DNA of 64,000 bases from positions 111,106,001-111,170,000 of the forward strand of contig NC_086107.1 in NCBI RefSeq assembly GCF_963921235.1, in the 5' to 3' direction. Positions within the stretch are counted from its first letter, which is position 1. Each line of letters starts with the position of its first letter. Both the position numbers and the translations under genes were made by a program. Of the stretch, positions 39,131-51,879 are shown in pieces. The DNA is from Mobula hypostoma. Its lineage: Eukaryota. A model generated the notes under the pieces. That model saw only the letters and a program-made list of their open reading frames with translations. It ran no database searches and was not told where the DNA came from.

Positions 39131-41029
39131 TACACCTCCTTTCATTCAGTCCTTAAATCTGACCTCATTCCTGTTTCAGTATCTCCTCCTTCTTTCCAAT
39201 CTTCAAAGTTTAAAAGTTCAAAGTAAATTTATTATCAAGGAACATTTATGTCACCATATGCTACCCTGAGATTCATTTTCTTGTGGGTATTCATAGAAGA
39301 GCATAGAAATACAACAAAATTAATGAAAACTACACACAAAGACTGGCAAAAAACAAGGTGCAGAAGAAGATCAACTGTACAAATACAAATAAAAATAATA
39401 ATAATACGGTAGCGTAATGGTTAGCACGCTTTCCAGTACCAGCGACCCAGGTTCATTACCTGGCGCTGCCTGTAAGGAGTTTGTATGTTCTCTCCATGAC
39501 CGTGTGAGTTTCCTCCGGGTGCTCCAGTTTCCTCCCGCAGTCCAAAGAAGTACTGATTGATAGGTTAATTGGTCATTGTACATTGTCTTGTGATTAGGCT
39601 CGGGTTAAATCGGGCGTTGCTGGGTGGGGCAGCTTGAAGGGCCGGAAAGACCAAGTCGGCCCTGTATCCCGATAATTATAAATAGATAATGCTCAGGACA
39701 TGAATTGTCAAGTCCTTCAAAGTGAGTCCATAGTTTGTGGAATCAGTTCAGTGTTGGGGTGAGTTATCCACGCTGGTTCAGGATCCTGATGGTTGTAGCG
39801 TAATCTTGTCTGGGCACCAAGGATTTCACCAGGTATGAAGTCAAGGCGGCATCTTGCCAGTTTTGTGATACCGCTGGGAGTTAAGTGTAGCTCCATGACG
39901 AGCAAACCTGGTGAGAGATCCTCATCTGTAAACTGCTACGGATGGACAGAACAAGAACGACAACAAAGTACAATAATTAGAAGTTTTTATTGAGCCACGG
40001 TACATGCTGGGCAACTTCTCGCGTGCGTTCGATGTACTGGGCCCGCCGAGATGAAAACATGCTCACTTGAAGCTTGCGCAAAATGAGAGAACCTTCTTTC
40101 CCTTGGAGATCCAATCGATCCGCTGTGAGATCCACAGACGCACATACCACATTCTCTCAATCGGTCTTACATGATTCATAAACTAGGAGTTCCTAACCTG
40201 ATGTTCGTGGACCCCTCAGTTATTAGTAGGGGTCCATGGCACAAAAAAGGCTGGGAACCCCTGATCCGTATTTATAGAACTGCAAATGTTCAGTTCTCTA
40301 TCTGTTAGAATCCACAGTTTCCAAGAGAACAGCGCAGTATAGGCCCTTCTGCCCACTATGTTCTGTCAACCCTTTAACCCTTTAAGATCAATCTAACCCT
40401 TCCCATTTTTCTTGCATTCATTTCTTTCATTTATCTGAGAGTTAAGGGTTCAGGGATCCAAGCATCTAAGTTAACCCAGCATTGTTGGAGGTGCTATATT
40501 TTTAGAGAGCATATTAAACCAAACCTTGCTCTACTCTAAAAAAATTGAAACTATTTTGATGATGAAAATCAAGCCTTCTCCATTTTCTTAGTTCTGCATT
40601 ACTACTGATCTCTCTCACCGCAATGTTCGGTGATTGATGGATACTGGTGTGTATACCGAGGATCAAGGTCCAGGGGTCAAATTGGAAATCTGAAATTCCA
40701 CGCACTGGGCCCCTGGACCTGTGAATGTCTGTGAGTCCACTGGGGGAGTCGAAGGGCCAATGTCCGTGTGTATGAGACTGAAGACCGAAGAAAACGGACT
40801 GTCTTGGGGCTGGAAGACTGTATACGTGTGTAGATGGGAGAGAGGAACAGGACTTGTTTTGCTGTTGCTGTTTTATTGCCTGTTGTGTTCTGTGTTGCTC
40901 TGCCAAGAATTGTGGGCATGCTATGTTGGCGCCAGGACGTGTGGCGACACTTGCGGGCTGCCCCCAGCGGGCGCTTAGGTTGCGTTGGTTGTTAACGCAA
41001 ACGGTGCATTTCACTCAACATTGGAAAGA

Positions 41030-42696
41030 ATTCCTTCAGCCTCTGTGTGAGCAAGCCCAGAGGCTACTTTATCACAGATGGTACAAGGAGCCAGACACAT
41101 TTTTTAACCCTATCTTACCCTTGATAAGTTTGAGTTTTCCATTGCCATCCTTGAACATAGCTGTGGCATCATCCAGTACCTTCCTTAATGCACTTTCTAC
41201 TGCAGGGAATGTGGCATGAAAATGGTGGATAGGTCTCCAATCAGGCTGCAGTTGTCTCTGCCAGTCATGATCCACCAGTCCACAAGCCAGTGTGGTTTGT
41301 ATACTTTCTTAGTTCAATTACTGCAGACTTCGGTACTTTTGAAATGCCATTCAAACTCATGTTGTGGAATGATGGAAACAGCCAAGCCAGCGTCCAATTC
41401 CATGTTAATGAACTTGCTGCTCACTTCTGGTGTAAGCCATAATGCTTATCTATTGTTAGTTTTCACATAATAAATCTCAAGGCTACTCAGACATATAGTT
41501 TGTCACTCTCATCATTATCAGTTTTTTCAACAGCAATAAGATTAGATCTCCTTATGAAACTGCAGCTTGACTTTTTTAAATCTTTTTCTCTTCCTTGTGC
41601 AGTCCTTTTATTGTCTTCTGCCTGACATGCTCTTTGTACGGGTCCTACTTTGTTGCATCTTCTGCGCCTGTAAACCTGGTGTTTCTGAGCCCCTGCTGCA
41701 ACGGTAACACAATGTGTTTGGCCAGGCTGGTTTCTGTTGAGACGCTATCATCTTGTTCACTCTCACTTTCATTCCTGACTGCGTCTCAGTTGTGCCTCTG
41801 GCTCCTATCTCCATCGATACAGCGATTTCAACCACTCTCTTACATGTGAGTTGTGCTTCAGTTAGGATCCATTTTTGAATACTTTTTTGTAAGATTCCAC
41901 ATATTAAATGATCTCTCAGTGCATCATTAAGCCCTTCGCTGAACTGGCAATGCTTGGATGGATTCCCCTTCCTTTTGATTCTGCTTATGAACCTAAAGTA
42001 TTCTGTAGTGAGTAATGGTTTGGCTTCTAAATGTTCCTACATTATGTTCACAATATCAACAAAGCTCATTTTAGCTCGTTTGATTGGAGCTTCAAAGCAA
42101 AGTGTTTTCTTTTCCATCTATTACACTAAACAACTCTAGCATTCATTCCTTACCAGTTATCCCATTTGCTTTAAAATACTGTTCAATTGGTTCAGTATAC
42201 ATCATCCAGTTATCTATTGTGCAATTGAATGTGTCTATCTTTCTGATGTAGCCAGCCACTTATGCTTTTTTGTTTATTATTATTATCACGGGGTACTCAC
42301 TAATTATGAAATGGCTGTACTTACTGTTTGTTAATTTTGTTTGTTTTCTGCCTTTTTAAAAAATTCACAAGTCTCTCTCCCCTCCAAAGAAAAACATGTT
42401 ACGCTTCAACGGGTAGGTGGTCATCTCAAGTTCAGGTTCATTTTAAAACTTCCTCATCACCACTGTTGTGTCTTGTAACTTAATGAAAGAAAACCAACGG
42501 GGGTGGGGGGCGGTGAACAGGAACTTGTTTACTTAACTTTCACTTTAGTGAGGCGCTCTCATCTGGCATGGTGGCCTAATAACGTATGCCATTCACATAC
42601 TTCTTACATATAACACATAGTGGATTATGCAAACAAACAAAGTGCTTAATCCAAATAATATATTTACAATAACACTCAAATATTAAATGTACTACA
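41030..42696 (-). mobile_element. Gypsy LTR retrotransposon 5' half: LTR (42464-42696), PBS, decayed gag-protease-RT start
   Basis: Minus strand TGTAGT...ACAACA then tggtgatgagg (PBS-like); gag AGYIRKIDTFNCTIDNW..Y.E..EQYFKANGI; CYRCSRG knuckle; MELDAGLAVS protease; EAEGILSNVE RT start. Confidence 0.8.
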
Positions 42697-43894
42697 CCTC
42701 CTCTGTCAGATTCTTTCTTCTTCAGTCCTTTACTTTCTCCGCTATCATCTCCCAGCTTCTGGCTTCATTTCCCCCCGATTGTCCACCCACCTACCTCCTG
42801 CCCTCGCCTGTTTCACCTAATGCCTGCCAGCCTGTACTCCTTCCTCTCCTCCCCACCTTCTCATTCTTGCTTCTTCCTGCTTCCTTCACAGTCTTCTCGT
42901 CCCAAGACGTCAACTGCTTATCCCTCACCATAGGTGCAGCCTGACGTGCCGAGTTCCTCCAGCATTTCCTGCCTGGAATTCAAAGCTTCAGCTGCCTTAC
43001 CTGAATGACTAATTGTCCTTGAACTTTAGGCTCCTCAATGGCAATAGAGAGCAGAGTACTCAAAACTCTTCTGCCAACAGATCACTGTAGACCTGTTTCA
43101 ATTTCTGTTTAGGCCTTGGCTTAATATAATGAGACATAATATTCATTAAAACCATACTCTGCCTAGCCAATTCCAATTAAAATCTGATACTTAATGAAAA
43201 TTAATTTCTCACAGTTAGAGATAGCTCTGCCAGATGCTGGTGACTGGAATGTTTCTTTATTTGAAGATACAGCTTAGAACAGGCCCTTCTGGCCCATCGA
43301 AACACACTGCCCAGCAGCCCCTGATTTAACCATGATCTAATCAAGGGACATTTACCATGTCCAATTAACCTACTAACTAGTACAACTTTGGACTGTGGGA
43401 GGAAACTGGAGCACCCAGAGGAAACCCACATGTTCCACAGGGAGGACGTACAGACTCCTTACAGGTGACTTTGGAAACGAATTCCGGCTGTAATCATGTC
43501 GCGCTAACCGCTATGCTATTACCTTAAGAAAGACCGTAAGATATAGGAGCAGAAATAGGCCATTCAGCCCATCAAGTCTATTCTGCCTTTCAGCACGCTA
43601 ATCCATTTCCCCCCTCAACTCCTTTCTCCTGCCTTTTCCCCGTAATCTTTCATGTCCTGACTGTTCAAGAACCTTTAAGTAAACCCAATGACTTGGCCTA
43701 CACATTAGTCTGTGGCAATGAATTCCACAGATTTATTACCTTCGGGCTAAAGAAATTCTCCTCAACTCCTTTCCAAATGGACATCCCTCTATTCTGAGGC
43801 TGCGCTCAGATTTACTGAGTGTGCTCCCAAGACAATGTACCTCAAGGTTGTAGGTGGTGACATTATGAACATTGACAATAAATTTACTTTGAAC

Positions 43895-44960
43895 TTTGAA
43901 GAGGACACCTAATAATGGAAATGCTGATGGATTGACCCATTTACTTTTGGAAGAGGAAACACCTGAAAAATCTACAGAAGAAGACCTTCCTCTTGACGTA
44001 TTCCCCATATTACAAATCGAAAGTTTCCCTATTATGGCAGAGGTGATCCAGAGGGAGGAACCAGAATAGACCCCACACTATCTCAGATCCACATGGCTGG
44101 AACGTGCAGCAGAAATTCCAGTTCCCTATTTTTACCATTGCAGGGGTGGACTTGCCCTTGACTGGGTGTGCCTTACGTGGGGTTTGAGAGCTGTGGTACC
44201 ATCCAAGCTGAGAGCTAAAGTGTTGGAGGAGCTACATCACGGTCATCTAGGTGTGGTCAAAATGAAAGCATTGGCCCGAAGCTTTCTCTGGTGGATGGGA
44301 TAGATCAGAAGATCGAGCAGCTTGCCTCGCACTGTTCGAGCTGCCATCACGTCCAGAAGATGCTTGGAGCGGCACCTTTCCTTGCCCGGGAATGGCCTGC
44401 ATTGGCCCTGGCAGAGGATCCGTGAGGATTTTGCCAATCCATTCATGGGCACAAATTTCTTGGTAATAGTGGATGCAGCTACAAAGTGGCCTGAAGTGTT
44501 CCCAATAGCCTCCACGACAGCCTCGCACACTGTTGATGTGTTGAGAAGCCTCTTCTCAGGGACTGGTGTTCCAGAACGCTTAGTCAGTGACAATAGACCA
44601 CCGTTTGTTGTGGAACAGTTTCAGTCATTCCTGAAAATAAATGGAATATGACATGTTACATCTGCATTGTAGCACCCAGCTACAAATAGCTTGGCGGAAA
44701 GGTCTGGCAAGACTTAAAGAACGCACTGCGAGCGATGTCAGCAGAACACACCACACTAACACTGAATCAGAAGCTCGCCAATTTCTTCCTTGCATGTCAC
44801 AATGCAGCACACCCCACAGCCAACAACTCCCCAGCTATTGCTACTCCGAAGTCGTCCCATGCACTCACGCTAGCATGTTCTCAAACACAGTCTCAGAAGG
44901 CTTATGTAGGGTAACCAGCTGAGACAAACTGAGGCCTCCTCAAACAAGGAAGTTCAAAGA
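43895..44960 (+). mobile_element. Gypsy pol 3' half: RNase H end and integrase, frameshifted
   Basis: GNADGL; VLEELHHGHLGVVKMKALARS (HHCC zinc finger); PWQRI..DF..PFMGTNFLVIVDAATKWPEVF...LVSDN (DDE core). Confidence 0.9.
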
Positions 44961-44999
44961 AAAAGGATTTAGCTCTTTCCTGGTGGTATGTGATGAATA

Positions 45000-46080
45000 A
45001 ATCCTTCTTGGGCTTCCAGCCGGGTACGGGTAAGTATTTTAACAGACACTTCGATTACAAACTCTGCCATCTTCATCAGGGAGGACGTTGGGCATACCTA
45101 GCCTGGTGGTATTGATAGGCCTGCCATCCATCCCTCCTGATTGGTTATTCCTCATCCAATCAGGTTTCCACTGTCCCACCTTGTTTACAATCGAATTCCA
45201 GTTCTTACTAAGAGTCACACACATAAAAGTTGCTGGTGAACGCAGCAGGCCAGGCAGCATCTTTAGGAAGAGGTACGGTCGACGTTTCGGGCCAGAACCC
45301 TTCGTCAGGACTAACTGAAAGAAGCGCTAGTAAGAGATTTGAAAGTGGGAGGGGGAGGGGGAGGGGGAGATCCAAAATTTTAGGAGAAGACAGGAGGGGA
45401 AGGGATGGAGCCAAGAGCTGGACAGGTGATTGGCAAAAGGGATATGAGAGGATCATGGGACAGGAGGCCCAGGGAGAAAGAAAGGGGAAGGGGGGAAAAC
45501 CCAGAGGATGGGCAAGGGGTATAGTGAGAGGGACAGAGGGAAAAAAAGGAGAGAGAGAAAAAGAAAAAAAATATATAATATGTATATATAAATAATGGAT
45601 GTGGTACAAGGCATATCCCTTTTGCCAATCAACTGTCCAGCTCTTGGCTCCATCCCTCCCCCTCCTGTCTCCTCCTATCATTTTGGATCTCCCCCTCCCC
45701 CTCCCACTTTCAAATCTCTTACTAGCTCTTCTTTCAGTTAGTCCTGACGAAGGGTCTCGGCCCGAAACGTCGACTGTACCTCTTCCTAGAGATGCTGCCT
45801 GGCCTGCTGCGTTCACCAGCAACTTTTATGTGTGTTGCTTGAAATTCCAGCATCTGCAGATTTCCTCGTGTTTGCGGTCATACTAAGAGTGAGACCTTTG
45901 TCTTTGTTTTTTGATCCTTTTCCTCTAGTTTTATTTCAATGGCTTCCTTTACCAGGCGGTCCCAAAAGCCATTGGCACGGCACAGTAGTCTTGTGCCGTC
46001 GAAGTCAATCCTACCGCCATTGCGAATAGCTCTCAATCTGATTGGCCAGATCCTCAGTGACATCAGCAATCCGTGAAGCG
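45000..46080 (-). mobile_element. Penelope-like element of a second family (GIY-YIG C-terminus and terminal repeat), split by an insertion
   Basis: Minus peptide IDFDGTRLLCRANGFWDRLVKEAIEIKLEEK... resumes as LSKNWNSIVNKVGQ across the insertion; cctgatgaagatggcagag motif at ~45062-45080. Confidence 0.75.
45216..45880. mobile_element. Young Neptune-type Penelope insertion made of two inverted terminal repeats
   Basis: ~230-bp near-perfect inverted repeat (45216-45446 vs 45612-45834), hammerhead motif in each arm, 10-bp TSD tactaagagt at 45206-45215 and 45881-45890. Confidence 0.9.
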
Positions 46081-46377
46081 ACAGGCTCTTTACAGCAGTG
46101 AAAGTATTGGAATCAGGTTTATTATCACCAACATATGTCATGAGATTTGTTGTTTTGCAGTGGCAGTACATAAAAATTGTTATTAGTTCCAAAAATAAAT
46201 AAATGATGCAAATAAAAGCACAAGTAACAAAGTACTGTTCACTGGTTCAGGGACTGTTCATGATGGAGGGGAAATACTCTGTTCCTAATATGTTATGTGT
46301 GGGTTTTCATTCAAGCTTATATACTTCCTCCCCGATGGTAGTAATGAGGAAAGGACATATCATAAGACTATAAGACA

Positions 46378-47045
46378 TTCAGATTTAGATTATGAGGACA
46401 CTCAGTCCTTGTTTATTGTCATTTAGAAATGCATGCATTAAAAAATGATACAATGTTCCTCCAGAAAGATATCACAGAAACACAGGACAAACCAAGACTA
46501 AAACTGACAAAACCCATAATTATAATATATAGTTACAACAGTGTAAAGCAATACCGTAATTTGATAAAGAGCAGACCATGGGCACGGTAAAAAAAGTCTC
46601 AAGTCACGCAGATCGTAGAAGGGAGAAACTCTCCCTGCCATGAACCTCCAAGCGCCGCCAACTTGCCGATGCAGCACCATTGGAAGCACCCGACCGCAGC
46701 CGACTCTGAGTCTGTCCGAAAACTTCCAGCCTCCGACCAGCCCTCCGACACCGAGCACCGAGCACCATCTCTGCCGAGTGCTTCGACCTCACCCCAGCCG
46801 CCGAGCAACAAGCAAAGCCGAGGACTCGGGGCCTTCCCCTCCGGAGATTCTGGACCACACAGTAGCAGCGGCAGCGAAACAGGCATTTCAGAAGTTTCAC
46901 CAGATGTTCCTCCATTCTCTCACGTCCATCTCCATCAAATCAGGATTGTGCACGGCACCCTACTTGACAGATAACAGATATTTCCTCTAGAGCGGCTGCT
47001 GCGAGCTGCGTCACGCCGCCATCTTCTCCTCCCGCCATTTTGCAC
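46378..47045 (-). mobile_element. Non-autonomous LINE-derived retroelement (GC-rich head, LINE-like 3' tail)
   Basis: Homologous to 58140-58722(+); tail atgcatgca...aatgacaataaa...cctcataatcta; no ORF with a recognisable product. Confidence 0.7.
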
Positions 47046-47095
47046 TCACACAGGAGCAGAATTAGGCCATTCGGCCCATTGAGTCCTCTGTCATT

Positions 47096-48405
47096 TGTGA
47101 AAGGAAAATCATGTCTGACGAATCTCATAGAATTTTTTGAGGATGTAACTAGTAGAGTGGATAGGGGAGAACCAGTGGATGTGGTATATTTGGATTTTCA
47201 AAAGGCTTTTGACAAGGTCCCACACAGGAGATTAGTGTGCAAACTTAAAGCACACGGTATTGGGGGTAAGGTATTGGTGTGGGTGGAGAATTGGTTAGCA
47301 GACAGGAAGCAAAGAGTGGGAATAAACGGAACCTTTTCAGAATGGCAGGTGGTGACTAGTGGGGTACCGCAAGGCTCAGTGCTGGGACCCCAGTTGTTTA
47401 CAATATATATTAATGACTTGGATGAGGGAATTAAATGCAGCACCTCCAAGTTTGCGGATGACACGAAGCTGGGCGGCAGTGTTAGCAGTGAGGAGGATGC
47501 TAAGAGGATGAAGGGTGACTTGGATAGGTTGGGTGAGTGGGCAAACTCATGGCAGATGCAATTTAATGTGGATAAATGTGAAGTTATCCACTTTGGTGGC
47601 AAAAATAGGAAAACAGATTATTATCTGAATGGTGGCCGATTAGGAAAAGGGGAGGTGCAACGAGACCTGGGTGTCATTATACACCAGTCATTGAAAGTGG
47701 GCATGCAGGTACAGCAGGCGGTGAAAAAGGCGAATGGTATGCTGGCATTTATAGCGAGAGGATTCGAGTACAAGAGCAGGGAGGTACTACTGCAGTTGTA
47801 CAAGGCCTTGGTGAGACCACACCTGGAGTATTGTGTGCAGTTTTGGTCCCCTAATCTGAGGAAAGACATCTTTGCCATAGAGGGAGTACAAAGAAGGTTC
47901 ACCAGATTGATTCCTGGGATGGCAGGACTTTCATATGAAGAAAGACTGGATGAACTGGGCTTGTACTCGTCGGAATTTAGAAGATTGAGGGGGGATCTGA
48001 TTGAAACGTATAAGATCCTAAAGGGATTGGACAGGCTAGATGCAGGAAGATTGTTCCCGATGTTGGGGAAGTCCAGAACGAGGGGTCACAGTTTGAGGAT
48101 AGAGGGGAAGCCTTTTAGGACCGAGATTAGGAAAAACTTCTTCACACAGAGAGTGGTGAATCTGTGGAATTCTCTGCCACAGCAAACTGTTGAGGCCAGT
48201 TCATTGGCTATATTTAAGAGGGAGTTAGATATGGCCCTTGTGGCTACAGGGGTCAGGGGGTATGGAGGGAAGGCTGGGGTCTGAGTTGGATGATCAGCCA
48301 TGATCATAATAAATGGCGGTGCAGGCTCGAAGGGCCAAATGGCCTACTCCTGCACCTATTTTCTATGTTTCTATGTTTCTATGTTTCTATGTTTCTATGT
48401 TTCTA
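47096..48405 (+). mobile_element. Young 5'-truncated CR1 LINE with open RT frame
   Basis: ~400 uninterrupted codons (YLDFQKAFDKV, GVPQGSVLGP, FADDTK); (ttctatgt)n tail; 7-bp TSD tgtcatt at 47089-47095 and 48406-48412; inserted in an older - strand CR1 end. Confidence 0.95.
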
Positions 48406-48984
48406 TGTCATTCCGTCATGGCTGATTTATTATCTCTCAACCCCATTCTGCTGCCTTCTCCCTGTAACTTTTGACGTCCTTACTAATCAAGAACCAATAT
48501 ACCCAATGACATGACTTCCACGCTGACTGTGGCAAAGAATTCCACATATTCACCACCCTCTAGTTGGAGAAATTCCACCTCATCTCTGTTCTAAAGGGAC
48601 CTCTTTGTAATCTGAGGCTGTGCCCTCCCCACAATAGGAAACATCCCAGACAGTGAGGGTCTTTAGCAATGGATTCTAACTTGTAGAGTCACTGCCTCTT
48701 AAAGGTATTCTCGATGGTGCTGTGGGTTGTACCCGTGATGGACCCAGTTGAGTATACGAATCTGTCTTGTCCTATACCAGTAAACCTTTTTCTTTCTCCA
48801 TAATTGCTGCCTTATCTTCTGTGTAGTTCCAGCAATCTATTTTTGCTGAATAAGCATAAGGGTTTATTCTGTTGTAAACAGCAGAAAATATTTCTATCAC
48901 ACTTCCTCTTTTGGGATGATTTTAATGATAGGCTCTCTTTAGGATGGTGGCGAATGTTGATAGCTCATGACGAGGCATTTGATG

Positions 48985-49320
48985 TTGTGGTGTTCGCCGA
49001 GCTTGGCAATTATCTTGCAGACGTTTCATCACCAGTCAACGTGACATCCTCAGACACATAATCATATCGAAATTGATGCCTTCTATGAACCCCTGAGAGC
49101 CACAGAAACCAGGGCCAATAGAATTCAAAGGCCAGCTGAAGGAGTAGCCAATCAGGACCAAGCAAGTGAATAGAGTTGGGGGGGGGGCGGGGGAAGGCCT
49201 ATATAAACGCGAGCACTCCCAGAGAGAAACACCAACGACTGTGCACTGAGAATGTCACCTCGACTGGTGATGAAACGTCTGCAGGCTAACTGCTAAGCCC
49301 AGGGAACTCCACCGCACCAT
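48985..49320. mobile_element. Inverted pair of Penelope-type terminal repeats of a third family, each with a hammerhead motif
   Basis: 49016-49055 on the - strand and 49242-49283 on + (tgca CTGAGAA tgtcacc tcgact ggtgat GAAA cgtc tgca). Confidence 0.65.
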
Positions 49321-49834
49321 TGGCTCTCTCGTCTCGAACACTGAGGCTGGGTGAGGGCAGGGCTGATGAAACGAATAAACCCAGTTGGAAATGAACAAGG
49401 GTGACGACCCTGCCACTTCTCACGGCTCAAACTTCTTGCAGAGTTCCCTCTCTCTTTTATACCAGCAGCTTGTCATTCACGTTAACAGTTTACTTGCTTA
49501 TGGACTGTTGTGTCTCACCCCCATCAGGGAGGAGGCTACAAAGCATCCACACCAGGACCACCGGACTCAAAAGCAGTTACTCTCCCCAAGCAGTAAGGCT
49601 GATCAACACCTCCACCCACTAACCCACCCCTCCACCACTACTTTACCATTTCCTGTCAATCATCTTATTTACAGCCTAGCGTCATTTTATGGACATAAAA
49701 TAAAGCTATGTATAAAAGCTATCTTATATATTAATTGATTCTTAAAAATTATTATTGTGTTCTTTATGTTTTGTGTGTTTTTTTGTGTTGCCTCAGATCC
49801 GGAGTAACAATTATTTCGTTCCCCTTTACAATTG

Positions 49835-50520
49835 TGAGCCCCGACATAGATTGGAGGACTGCTTCATCGAGCACTTTCACTCCGTCCGCCACAACAGGCA
49901 CGATTTCAAGATAGCCACCTACTTCCCATTCCCATTCTGACATGTCGGACCATGGCCTCCTCTACTTCCACGATGAGGGCACTCTCAGGTTGAAAGAGAA
50001 ACTCCTCATTTTTCATCTGGATGGCCAACCTGACACCATGAGTATTGAACCTCCAGCTTCCGGTAATTTCTAAACCCTCCCATTCTCTTTTTTTTCCGTT
50101 CCCTATGCTGTCTCCCCTCTTACCCCTTCCCTTCTCCTTAACTGCCCATCACCTCCATCTGGTGCCCCTTCTCCATCCCTGTCTTTCATGGTCCTCTCTC
50201 CTCTCCTATCAGATTCCTTCTTCTTCAGCCTTTTGCCTCTTCCCCCTATCGCCTCCCAGCTTCTTACTTCACCCACCTTCCCCCTGACCTGGTCTCACCT
50301 ATCAGCTGCCAGCTTGTACTCCTTCCCCCTCCCCATCCCACCTTCTCATTCTGGCTTCTTCCCTCTTCCTTTCCAGTGTTGACAAAGGGTCTCGGCCCAA
50401 AACGTCGACAGTTTATTCTCCACGTTAGACGCTACCTGATGTGCAGAGTTCTTCCACCATTTTGCACGTGTGTGTTGCTCCTGATTTACGTCTGGAACAC
50501 CTGCAGAATCTCTTGTGTTC
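49835..50520 (+). mobile_element. Penelope 3' fragment
   Basis: RHRLEDCFIEHFHSVR GIY-YIG remnant, pyrimidine tail, decayed hammerhead. Related copies at 55925-56485, 62570-63065 and 63855-64000. Confidence 0.8.
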
Positions 50521-51879
50521 AACATATATCCTTAATATCCCTCATTTTTTTAAACATTCAAGAGTGTATTAACAACTGCTATAAACGCGTTCGTTACTTG
50601 GGATCTCAGAATGGACAATATTTATTCCCCATTCTTAATTGAGAAGATGGCGGTGAGTTACTGACTTTACCTTCATAAGGCGATGTTTCAGAAAGGCAGC
50701 ATACATCACTAAGGACTCCCATCGCCCGGGAGAAGCCTTGTTCTCTTTGCTGCCATCAGGGTCAGCTTCTTCCCATCTGCCATCAGATTACTGAATGGCC
50801 ATCGAACACTACCCCACTATTTTTCCCTCTCTCTTTTTTAATAGACAATACAGTGTAAAAGTCCTAGGCAGCCTAGCTATATGTAGAGAGACTTTTGCAC
50901 AGTACTCTATTTGTGAACGTGGAGCGGAGAGCGAGAGCGTGGCGGGAGCAAAGGATGATGGGAATGGCGAGGGTGGAGTGCCGCGGGAGGGTTCGGTGAC
51001 GGATGACAGAGGAGTGTCAGGGGTTAGGGGAGTGGTGAGGTGGCACGAATACAGAGACAACCAGCCCTGAGACACAAGGAGAGGTCATTTGATTCCAAGT
51101 AATTGGCTTATCGATTATTACCAAATGTCTCTCTGGTACTTGCCGCTCCTCCCCTCTCCCTTCCCCTTTTCCCATCCAAGATTCCCCTCTCCCTGCCCCC
51201 TCAATCCTCAATAGAGACCCAGATCAGAATCAGGATTATCATCACTCACATATCTCATGAAATTTTATTTTTTATGCAGCAACAGTACAGTGCGATACAT
51301 AAAGTCACTACGCTCTGTGCAAAAGTCTTAGGCACCCTAGCTGCATATATGTACTTCTTATCGCAATTTATAGTTTTTTATATTATGTAATGCAATGTTC
51401 TGCTGCTGCAAGACGTCAAATCATGACATATGCCCGTGATATTAAACCTGAGTGGTTCTTATTCTCTGGTGAAGGGAGGGTGTGTGTTAGGATTTGAAGG
51501 GGTGGTGACACGTTTCCCAAGCTGGGTTGATGTGCATTTCGTGAGCAACGTGTGTTAGTTGAGGAGCTTAGATTTTAACACAAAGGGAGAACTCCAGTTT
51601 TATTTTCATTTGGGAAGGTTAAAGAACTTGGAGGTCCATGCAGAAGCCTTGGTTAGAATGAATGTCTTATGCAGGGACTTAACCAGCCACCAGGGGGAGA
51701 TGGTGAGTTTAGCGCAGAACCATTGCTGAAATCAGGGTGAGGACAAGTGAGTGAAGTGAAAATTATAAAATGTATTTGGTAAAGTCCTTGAATGGGGTAG
51801 TACAGAGAATGTGACATTAAAAGTGTAATTAACATATTTTTATTTTCCTTCAAACTAATAAACTGCAAGTAATAAACAA

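Noticed and set aside
42697..42710. PPT-like agaggagg immediately 5' of the Gypsy LTR, suggesting a tandem or one-LTR-circle insertion
   Set aside because: The same bases match the adjacent Penelope pyrimidine tail (ctcctct..gtcagattc), so this is not diagnostic.
47040..48284. 414-aa RT ORF as a domesticated or novel RT gene
   Set aside because: 5'-truncated CR1 ORF2 with TSD and tail; no real start codon.
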